From the NCBI GenBank assembly GCA_964513695.1, contig CAZEOR010000001.1, positions 1-28,111 of the forward strand: a DNA stretch of 28,111 nt, given 5' to 3'. This document shows positions 1 through 7,207 of the stretch, piece by piece (within the stretch, counting starts at the first letter, position 1; each line of letters starts with the position of its first letter). The position numbers and the translations under genes were made by a program. This stretch comes from an uncultured Thiobacillus sp. Its GTDB lineage: Bacteria; Pseudomonadota; Gammaproteobacteria; Burkholderiales; Thiobacillaceae. Below the pieces are notes generated by a model, which ran no database searches, was not told the origin of the DNA, and was given only the letters and a program-made list of their open reading frames with translations.

Positions 1-1
1 G

Positions 2-145
2 CAGCGTTTCGAGAATATCCTCCACCGGCTCGGCATTTTCGGCGAGCAGATCGCGCAGCACCGGCAGGCGCTCGCTGGGCACGAAATGCGTCGCGATGCC
101 GGCATAGAGGCAATCGGCCGCCTTCAGCCGCGCCCCGGTCAGTGC
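2..145 (-). other. Internal fragment of an enoyl-CoA hydratase/3-hydroxyisobutyryl-CoA hydrolase-like gene (no start or stop in window)
   Basis: Minus-strand frame 145->2 reads ALTGARLKAADCLYAGIATHFVPSERLPVLRDLLAENAEPVEDILETL, matching the crotonase-family HIBCH segment ALTGxRLxxxDxxxxGxATHFVPS. Similarity stops abruptly at about 146. Confidence 0.75.
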
Positions 146-668
146 CACCGTCGGCGACTTCCCGGACATGGACCCGGCCGCTGTCGTCGCGGCGATCGCG
201 GCGATGGCCGAAACCGGTGTGGATTACGTCAAGATCGGCCTGTTTCCTGCGCCGAATCTGGCCGCCTGCCTTGCCGCCCTGGCCGCCATCGCCGGGCGCC
301 AGCCCCTGGTCGCGGTGCTGTTCGCCGACCGGGAGCCCGACTACGGACTGATCCCCCGTCTGGCCGAACTGGGTTTCGCCGGCGTCATGCTGGATACCGC
401 CGGGAAAAGCGGCGGCGGCCTGCTTGCCCATCTGGCCCCGCCCGTCCTGGCCGATTTCGTCCGCCGCGCCCGGGCGCATGGCCTGCTCACCGGCCTGGCC
501 GGCTCCCTGAAACTGGCCGACATCGACCGCCTGCTGCCCCTGAAACCCGACTATCTGGGCTTTCGCGGCGCCCTGTGTCGGGAGCACGTCCGCGTCGCCG
601 GCCTGGACCCGGTTGCCTTGGCCGCCGTGGCCGAACGCTTGGCACTGACCGATTCGCTGGTGAGCTAG
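135..668 (+). CDS. mfnB: (5-formylfuran-3-yl)methyl phosphate synthase (MfnB/Orf22, DUF556 family), 5'-truncated
   Basis: Frame reads PVSATVGDFPDMDP...VDYVKIG...GVMLDTAGK...GLAGSL...PDYLGFRGALC, typical of MfnB. An in-frame TAG at 105-107 and unrelated upstream sequence show the N-terminal part is missing. Confidence 0.85.
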   Translation, partial: PVSATVGDFPDMDPAAVVAAIAAMAETGVDYVKIGLFPAPNLAACLAALAAIAGRQPLVAVLFADREPDYGLIPRLAELGFAGVMLDTAGKSGGGLLAHLAPPVLADFVRRARAHGLLTGLAGSLKLADIDRLLPLKPDYLGFRGALCREHVRVAGLDPVALAAVAERLALTDSLVS

Positions 669-835
669 TCAGCCCCAGTCCGCCATGCGCCATGGCAAAT
701 TACAAATGGCCATCCGTAAACGATGCTTCATTTGCACAGTGATACCTGTCGTCACACCGAGGTTTACCCCAGTATCTTCCTCAACCTTCTCGCGCTACCC
801 TTGGGTCAAACGAACAACACCCCGGAAGACGGTCC

Positions 836-1786
836 ATGAAACCCTCCTGGAAGGACAGCATCTATCTCCAGCGCGAGAAACTCGCGCAAATGTTGCACGA
901 ACCCCTGGCCCGGCTGGCGGAAAAGTGCGCCCCGGCCTGGGGCTGCCGGGAAAGCCTGGACGCGGTGCTGCTGGCGGGCTTCCCGGACATTCCCCATTGC
1001 ACCTATCTCTACTGTGTCGGCTTCGACGGCATCCAGAACTGCGACAACGTCAGCGCCGAGGGCCTGGCGCCGGAACACTACGGCCGCGACCGGTCGCGGC
1101 GTCCCTACATGCAGGAGGCGGTGCCCGCCTGGGGCTTCCTGCTCTCGGATGCCTACATCAGCCTGATGAAGCAGCGACCCTCCCTCACGGCCTTGCAGAT
1201 GGTGCGCGGCGAGGATGGCCGGCCACTGGGCTACCTGGGCGCCGATTTCGACCTGCGCGACCTGCCGGTGACGGCGGACCTGTACGAGGAATCGGGCCAC
1301 TGGCGCCAGGTGCGGGGCGATCCGTCGATCCGCGGCATGGTGTTCCAGCAATGCCGCGCGGAAAGCGCCCTGGACCGGGGCCTGGAAAAAGGTCTGTCCA
1401 TCCTGGGCGAGTTGTTGATGGAACGGGGCGTGTTCCAGTGCATCGTCCACTTCTCCAGCAGTCAGGCCACCGTGTGGACCATAGACGACCCGTTTCGCTA
1501 TCGCATCCTGGATCAGGAAGCCCTGAGCGACCCGGACATATGCCTGGTCTACCCGTCCCGTCCCTACCCGGCCGAAGCGGTGGTTCCTCCCGAGGATATC
1601 CCGCGCATCCTGGCCCACCTGCGCGACCTGCGCATGGCTGACGAGAACATCTACCTGCGCATGTCTTCCCTCAACCTGTTCAATGGCATGATCAGTCTGA
1701 CTTTCTCCTGCGACGGTACCCACTACATGCGCTACGACGAGTTCCTCGTCAAAGGCAACGAGTTCTGGTTCGGCACTGCGGGGTAG
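836..1786 (+). CDS. Soluble PDC/Cache-like sensor-domain protein with uncharacterised C-terminal domain
   Basis: 316-aa ORF with host-like codon usage. GRDRSRRPY...SDAYIS...LTALQMVRGEDGRPLGYLGADFDL resembles the Cache/PDC pocket. No evident signal peptide or TM helix. Confidence 0.65.
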   Translation: MKPSWKDSIYLQREKLAQMLHEPLARLAEKCAPAWGCRESLDAVLLAGFPDIPHCTYLYCVGFDGIQNCDNVSAEGLAPEHYGRDRSRRPYMQEAVPAWGFLLSDAYISLMKQRPSLTALQMVRGEDGRPLGYLGADFDLRDLPVTADLYEESGHWRQVRGDPSIRGMVFQQCRAESALDRGLEKGLSILGELLMERGVFQCIVHFSSSQATVWTIDDPFRYRILDQEALSDPDICLVYPSRPYPAEAVVPPEDIPRILAHLRDLRMADENIYLRMSSLNLFNGMISLTFSCDGTHYMRYDEFLVKGNEFWFGTAG

Positions 1787-1889
1787 GCCTGTTACCGGCC
1801 AATGTGTTGTTTTCGCAAGGCCTCATTCCGGAATTTCCGATGTCGGCGCCCATGTCACTTTCCTTTTGTCCTGTCAGTGTATAAAGGCA

Positions 1890-1906
1890 TTGTTGCAATG
1901 CAGCAA
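1890..1906. promoter_or_regulatory. Near-palindrome TTGTTGCA-A-TGCAGCAA, candidate repressor site (PhaR-box-like)
   Basis: 7 of 8 arm positions pair. It lies in an AT-richer intergenic region 50 bp upstream of the 1956 ORF. The TGC/GCA-rich pattern resembles PhaR operators (inference). Confidence 0.35.
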
Positions 1907-1955
1907 TAACTGGTTTTCGGTATCTACCGATGCTGATAAATGAAAGGAATTCGAG

Positions 1956-2315
1956 ATGAGGACAGTCAGTTTCGATACACGGCCGCCCAAGCTGCTGCCC
2001 TGGCTGGCACGCCGCGCCGGTGTCTCCGACGAGCGCGCCGTGGAGCTTTGGCGTCAAGCGGTGGATGAGGCCGGCACCGGCACATCGACTATCGACGAAA
2101 GCGCGTTCTGGAAACGCTCCATGGATGGCTTTCGGGCGTTGCTTGCGCAAGAAGCCCGCGTGATGGCCTTGAGCGGCCTGAATCCCTGGTTCAACCTCCA
2201 GGACCGGCTCTGGCGCGGCAGCTCGCTGCTGCTCGCCGATACCGTCATCCGGGGCATGAGCCGCTCGGTCCGCATCTGGCGGCAAACCCTGAATATGGCG
2301 CCAGACGCCCGCTAG
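1956..2315 (+). CDS. Hypothetical protein (119 aa)
   Basis: ATG preceded by AAAGGAA SD-like sequence. Fills the gap between flanking genes. Helical-looking sequence (LLPWLARRAGVSDERAVELWRQA). Confidence 0.6.
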   Translation: MRTVSFDTRPPKLLPWLARRAGVSDERAVELWRQAVDEAGTGTSTIDESAFWKRSMDGFRALLAQEARVMALSGLNPWFNLQDRLWRGSSLLLADTVIRGMSRSVRIWRQTLNMAPDAR

Positions 2316-2434
2316 TTGGTGCGTCGGTCCGGGGGGTGCCTCAGACCTTGAACCCCAGGATCGTTCCTGGCCCCGGCTGGCTACGCGTATCGGCCCAGAT
2401 ATTGGGCCGCCCAGGCGCGCAAGCCCAGTTCACT

Positions 2435-3043
2435 TCACGGGTTATCGTTGCCGGGCTGACAGGCTGGATCGTCCAGCCATTTCTCGAAGGCAATCATGTC
2501 GTTCCGGCCGAAAATCCGCACGGGCAGAGGGCGGCGGGCCAGATAGGCTGGGAACGCCCGGTCCACCTGGCCCGCCTCGGCAAGTTGGGCGATATCCTTG
2601 TCCGCGCCGGGCGCGGCATGCTTGATGAGGGCCACGGCATCGGCATCGAGTACGCCGGCCAGCCATAGGGCCAGGCTGTCGGAAGTGACGTCCCAATTTT
2701 CCGGTATATCCGGGTCGTTCAGGCAAAGCTTGGTCGGCTGCCAGACTGGCGTGGCGCCCCGAGCCAGGAGTACGGCGATTTCGTCTCGACTGGCGGCGGG
2801 TTCCAGTCCGGAGGCCAGCCCACACAGCATCAGCCCATACTGTTCCATGGCGAGCAGCGCCATGCGATGGGCCATGGAATCGGAAAAACGCCAGCGGGCC
2901 TGGGCCACTCGGACCTGGTCGGCGAAGGGACCACCGCCGGGAACCAGGACAACGCGCCCACCCGCGTTGGCGACCGCGCTGAGCCAATCGGCCAGTTCCG
3001 GGGCTGTATGCAGGCTGCCGCCCAGCTTGACGACCCGGATCAA
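2435..3043 (-). CDS. Amino-acid-kinase family protein, Orf21/MfnE-like furan-phosphate kinase
   Basis: VVKLGGSL...VLVPGGGPFAD...HRMALLAMEQYG...WDVTSDSLALWLA motifs. Likely TTG start at 3043 overlapping the pabB TGA. The upstream part of the 508-aa ORF is off-frame pabB. Confidence 0.85.
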   Translation of the reverse strand: MIRVVKLGGSLHTAPELADWLSAVANAGGRVVLVPGGGPFADQVRVAQARWRFSDSMAHRMALLAMEQYGLMLCGLASGLEPAASRDEIAVLLARGATPVWQPTKLCLNDPDIPENWDVTSDSLALWLAGVLDADAVALIKHAAPGADKDIAQLAEAGQVDRAFPAYLARRPLPVRIFGRNDMIAFEKWLDDPACQPGNDNP

Positions 3044-4458
3044 TTGGCCGCTTGCCCGCTGTCGCCTACCCGATGCTGGGCGATCAGGCGCAGCATGGCC
3101 GCCGCCTTGTCCAGGCATTCCTGGTATTCGGCGTCTGCCCTGGAGTCGGCGACGATGCCGCCGCCGGCCCAGAAGCGTATCTGGCCTTCCGAGGAAACCA
3201 GGGTGCGGATGGCGATGTTGGTATCCATGTCGCCGTTGAAGCCCAGCCAGCCGATGGCGCCGCAATAGACGCCGCGCCGGTTCGGCTCCAGTTCCTCGAT
3301 GATCTCCATGCTGCGCAGCTTGGGCGCGCCGGTGATGGAGCCGCCGGGGAAGGAAGCGCGCAGTAATGCAATGGCATCCAACCCTTGCGCAAGCCTGCCG
3401 GTGACAGTGCTGACCAGATGATGCACGGTAGTGAAGCTTTCCAGGGCGAACAGCTTGGGCACTGCCACGGAACCCGGCGCACACACCTTGCCCAGATCGT
3501 TGCGCAAGAGGTCCACGATCATCAGGTTCTCGGCCCGGTCTTTGGCGCTTTCGCACAGTTCCCGTGCCAGGGCGGAATCCGCCTCGGGTGCGGCGGCCCG
3601 GGGCCTGGTGCCCTTGATGGGCTTGGTTTCCACCCTGCTGCGCTTCACTTCCAGGAAGCGTTCCGGCGAGGAGGACAGGATGCGGCAGGCGGGGTGGTTC
3701 AGATAGGCGGAATAGGGCGCCGGATTGAGCCGGCGCAAGGCCTGGTAGCCCAGCCAGTGATCTCCCGCCACTGGTGCCGCGAAGCGCTGGGCCAGGTTGA
3801 CCTGGTAGCAGTCGCCGGCGCCGATGTAGCGCTGAATGCGGGCGAAGGCGCGTTGGTAGGTGTTTGCGTCGAAGTTGGATGCCACCGGCCCGGTGACCCT
3901 GAAGGGCTGACGGGAACCTGGCAGGGGCGGCTCGGAAAACAGTTCGACCAGCTTGTCCCAAGCCGCTGCGGTGCGCGCGTCACGGCCGGCGGAAACCAGC
4001 CAGGATTGCCTGGACTCGTGGTCTACCAGCACCGCCCAGTCGTAGATGCCCACCGCCATCTCAGGGATGGCTTCCGCGTCACGGGCTCGAACCTGTAGTC
4101 GTTCAACACGACGGGCCAGATCGTAGCCGAAGTAGCCGATGGCGCCACCGGCGAAGGGCAAGGGGCTGGACCGCGCATCCGCCGCCAATTCCGCGCGCAA
4201 CAGTTCAAAGGGGTCGGCGGGGGACAGGCTGGCGTCGCCCAGGGGGGTTTTGCCCGATCGGCGGATCTCGGTCATGCCGCCCCGTGTCACCAGCGTTGCG
4301 TAGGGCCGCGCCGCCAGGATGTCCAGGCGTCCGGCCGTGGAGCGCGGTCGGCCGCTGTCCAGGAAAACAGCCCAGGGTTCGTCGGCGATGGCCTCGAACA
4401 GTTCGGCGCTGTCCGGGCGGTAGGGGAGGGAGGCAATGCGGCCATTCGGTGTGCTCAT
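3040..4458 (-). CDS. pabB: Aminodeoxychorismate synthase component I
   Basis: FLDSG, GGAIGYFGYDL, GDCYQVNLAQRF, SSSPERFL, TKPIKGTRPR, KDRAENLMIVDLLRNDLG, FPGGSITGAPKLR, DTNIAIRT, GGGIVADS. ATG at 4458 forms an ATGA overlap with the orf9 stop. Confidence 0.93.
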   Translation of the reverse strand: MSTPNGRIASLPYRPDSAELFEAIADEPWAVFLDSGRPRSTAGRLDILAARPYATLVTRGGMTEIRRSGKTPLGDASLSPADPFELLRAELAADARSSPLPFAGGAIGYFGYDLARRVERLQVRARDAEAIPEMAVGIYDWAVLVDHESRQSWLVSAGRDARTAAAWDKLVELFSEPPLPGSRQPFRVTGPVASNFDANTYQRAFARIQRYIGAGDCYQVNLAQRFAAPVAGDHWLGYQALRRLNPAPYSAYLNHPACRILSSSPERFLEVKRSRVETKPIKGTRPRAAAPEADSALARELCESAKDRAENLMIVDLLRNDLGKVCAPGSVAVPKLFALESFTTVHHLVSTVTGRLAQGLDAIALLRASFPGGSITGAPKLRSMEIIEELEPNRRGVYCGAIGWLGFNGDMDTNIAIRTLVSSEGQIRFWAGGGIVADSRADAEYQECLDKAAAMLRLIAQHRVGDSGQAAN

Positions 4459-5498
4459 GACTTCTCCTCCTTCAGCAGCCAACCCGCGGCGACGGCCGGC
4501 GCGCACCAAGCCGTCCAATTTCTTTCCAGCGGCTCGCCCAGCAGTTCGGCGAAATCCAGAACCGGCCGGCCAAGGCGGGCCGCCAGCCGCTCTGCGAGAA
4601 ACGCCCCCACGCCGGCCGTGACCACCGGCGCGCCAGCGGGCAACAGCCCCCGGGACAGGACCAGGCGGGCGGCCCGGGTGATCTTCTCCAATTGGGCATC
4701 GGCGAACCAGGCGGCCAGTTCGCTCCAGGTATCTTCCGGCAGTTCGTCGGCATCGCGCCCCACCATGCGTGCCAGACGAACCCGGCTTGCCGCCGGAGTC
4801 TTGGCGCCGCCGTCGGCGCTGTCCTGCAGATCGGCGCCTTCGGGCAGCCAGCCCAGGATCCGGTAGATATCGGCGCTGGTGGCGAAATGCTCGGCCATCA
4901 GAGGTATCCAGCGGCCCTGTACCGGCGCCGAATCGGCCAGGGCCATGAGAGGCGTGCGTACCGCGCCGCTGTATACCAGTTCCCCCGCCGCCAGACGATC
5001 GGCGTCACTGTCGCTGGTGGTGGCCACCTGACGGCCGCGCACGGGAATGAGGTCGGAAGTGGTGCTGCCGATGTCCACCAGCAAGGCTTCACCCAGGCGC
5101 GCGGCTACCAGGGCCGCCGTGGCGTGCCAGTTGGCGGAGGCCACCCGCTGGGGCCGGAGGCGCGCGGAACCGGCGTTGAGCCAGCCGTCGGCGCCAGCGT
5201 AGAAACGCACCTTCTCGGCCCCCAGCCGCCGGCACAGGATGTCCACCAGGGTGTGCACACCATCGGTGCGGTCGGCGAACAGGTCGGTCATCTCGCCGGT
5301 CATGGTGACGCCGTGGCGAACCGGAGTTGGGTTCATGTCGCCCAGGATGCTGTCGATGGCGCTGTCCAGGTGATCCATTCCGCGCCACAGGGGGCAGTAT
5401 TCCTGCCAGACCCCGGACACACGACCGTCCGCTTCGAGGCGGGCCGCCTTCAGGTGGGCGCCGCCCACGTCCCAGCCGAGCACCGCGTCAGTGGCCAT
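4455..5498 (-). CDS. Hydantoinase/oxoprolinase-family H4MPT-linked protein, Orf9/MfnF-like
   Basis: LGWDVGGAHLK, HGVTMTGEMTDLF, ASANWHATA, LVDIGSTTSDLIP, GELVYSGAVRTP, EHFATSAD. Start trimmed to ATG 5498. Confidence 0.88.
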   Translation of the reverse strand: MATDAVLGWDVGGAHLKAARLEADGRVSGVWQEYCPLWRGMDHLDSAIDSILGDMNPTPVRHGVTMTGEMTDLFADRTDGVHTLVDILCRRLGAEKVRFYAGADGWLNAGSARLRPQRVASANWHATAALVAARLGEALLVDIGSTTSDLIPVRGRQVATTSDSDADRLAAGELVYSGAVRTPLMALADSAPVQGRWIPLMAEHFATSADIYRILGWLPEGADLQDSADGGAKTPAASRVRLARMVGRDADELPEDTWSELAAWFADAQLEKITRAARLVLSRGLLPAGAPVVTAGVGAFLAERLAARLGRPVLDFAELLGEPLERNWTAWCAPAVAAGWLLKEEKS

Positions 5499-6465
5499 GA
5501 TGCGTCTCCAGGTGTACGGGGTGCACGCCCCGGCAGGGGCTGAAAACGGGCAGATCGAGCAGGCGTTCGGCCGGATTGCAATCCAGGGCCGCGCGCAGGC
5601 CGGCATAGGACACGGTGGGGCGCGGATTCACCTCCACCACCACGGCCTGTCCGCCGGCAGCCTCGATCAAATCCACACCCACATAGCCCCACAGATCCGG
5701 GATCGCCGCCGCCACCCGGCCGGCCAGTTCAGCGTAGCGGCCATCGGTGTCGGCGATGGCGTTGACGGTGACACCGTGGAAGCCGAGCAAACCGTTGCGG
5801 GCAACCACCCGCTGGCGGTTCACGGCCAGCAACTGGGCCTGCCCGTCGGCGCACAGCAGGGACAGGGACAAGGGTTCGCCCGGCACGTAGGGCTGGTAGA
5901 TGCAGCCGCGCGCGGCATGCATCAGTGTCCAGGTTTCGGCGTCGGTCAGGCTGGCGAACAGCCGCGTGTCCTGGCAACCGGCGCCGTCGTCGGGTTTCAT
6001 GACCACCGGGCATTCCTCTTCGATGAGATAGGGCGAAGTGTAGGTCGGGATGGCTTCCACGCCGAATTCCGCCAACCGCGAGGCGGTGGCCGTCTTGCTG
6101 GCGGCGATGCGCACCCCGCCGGGCCGGCTACCCAGCAGGCGCTTGCCCGATGCCAGCACATCCCGGTTGACCAGTTCCAGGATGCCGCCGCTTTCCGGTG
6201 CCACGGTCAGCACCGCGTCCGCCGCATCCAGGCAATGGTTGAAATCGTCGTCGAAGCTGGCGGCGCGGGTTGTGACGATGTGAAGGCGCGGCAGGCGCGG
6301 CTGATCGAGGCGCGCGTCGCGCAGGGTGATGACTTCCACCCCCGTGATAGCGGTGAGATCATCCACCAGTGCCCGCCACATCAACTCGCCGTCGGCCAGG
6401 AAGTCCGGCAGCGGCTCCCCGGCGCAACCGCCGCCCGTGACGAATTCGTAGACGAAAACCTTCAT
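5488..6465 (-). CDS. ATP-grasp protein, Orf1/MfnD-like (tyramine-glutamate ligase family)
   Basis: MKVFVYEFVTGGG, APESGG, VMKPDDGAGC, QPYVPGEPLSLS, GYVGVDLI, EVNPRPTVSY. SD-like GAGG/GGGA upstream. Confidence 0.88.
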   Translation of the reverse strand: MKVFVYEFVTGGGCAGEPLPDFLADGELMWRALVDDLTAITGVEVITLRDARLDQPRLPRLHIVTTRAASFDDDFNHCLDAADAVLTVAPESGGILELVNRDVLASGKRLLGSRPGGVRIAASKTATASRLAEFGVEAIPTYTSPYLIEEECPVVMKPDDGAGCQDTRLFASLTDAETWTLMHAARGCIYQPYVPGEPLSLSLLCADGQAQLLAVNRQRVVARNGLLGFHGVTVNAIADTDGRYAELAGRVAAAIPDLWGYVGVDLIEAAGGQAVVVEVNPRPTVSYAGLRAALDCNPAERLLDLPVFSPCRGVHPVHLETHHGH

Positions 6466-7207
6466 GTCCCTACCTCTGCGCCTGATACCCGTGCTCGACC
6501 TGATGGGCGGCCGGGTGGTGCATGCCCGGGAGGGCAGGCGCGACGAATACCGCCCGCTGGTTTCCGCCCTGTGCCGATCGAGCGAGCCGGCGGCGGTGCT
6601 GGACGGCTTGCTGGAACTGCATCCGTTTCGTTGCTGCTACATCGCCGACCTGGATGCGATCCTGGCGCGGGGCGATCATCGCGCTGTCGTCGCCGCATTG
6701 GGCCGGGCCCATCCGGCGCTTGAATTCTGGGTGGACGCGGGCCGCCTCGCCGGCACCCTGGGCGCCGCCCCGATCCGGCCGGTATTCGGCAGCGAAAGCC
6801 TGGACGAGGGGGAGGCGGCCAGTCTGGACGCACAAGCCATCCTGTCCCTGGATTTTCGCGGCGACGAATTCCTCGGTCCGCGCGCCCTGCTGGAAAGCGC
6901 CGCGCTCTGGCCCAGGGATGTCATCGTCATGAACCTGGAACGGGTGGGTGGCAGCGGCGGCCCTGACCTGGAACGCCTCGCCGCCCTGCGCGGGCGGGCG
7001 CCGGACCGGTGCTTCCACGCGGCGGGCGGCGTGCGCGGCGGCGCCGATCTGGCCGCCCTCGCCCGGGCCGGCGCCGCCGGCGTGCTGCTGGCCTCCGCCC
7101 TGCACGACGGCCGCCTCAGCCGGGCCGAGCTTGCCGCCTGGCATGATCCGTTACCCGGGGACGCAGTGCTTCCCGCCAGGGAGACAGGCCCAGGGCGGGG
7201 TCGGTGA
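6464..7207 (+). CDS. HisA/HisF-related TIM-barrel protein (Orf17)
   Basis: LIPVLDLMGGRVVHA, YIADLDAI, WVDAG, LSLDFRG, IVMNLERVGGSGGPD, AAGGVRG, GVLLASALHDG. Confidence 0.88.
   Translation: MSLPLRLIPVLDLMGGRVVHAREGRRDEYRPLVSALCRSSEPAAVLDGLLELHPFRCCYIADLDAILARGDHRAVVAALGRAHPALEFWVDAGRLAGTLGAAPIRPVFGSESLDEGEAASLDAQAILSLDFRGDEFLGPRALLESAALWPRDVIVMNLERVGGSGGPDLERLAALRGRAPDRCFHAAGGVRGGADLAALARAGAAGVLLASALHDGRLSRAELAAWHDPLPGDAVLPARETGPGRGR

Noticed and set aside
739-755. CRP/FNR-type site GTGA-N9-TCAC upstream of the PDC gene
   Set aside because: The spacer is 9 rather than 6 bp and 4-bp arms are expected by chance.
2316-2434. ncRNA (tRNA-Sec or 6S) between convergent genes
   Set aside because: Only short hairpins (CCAGGA/TCCTGG, GGCCCA/TGGGCC) are present, with no cloverleaf, T-loop or long 6S-like duplex. 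More likely terminator-type structure.
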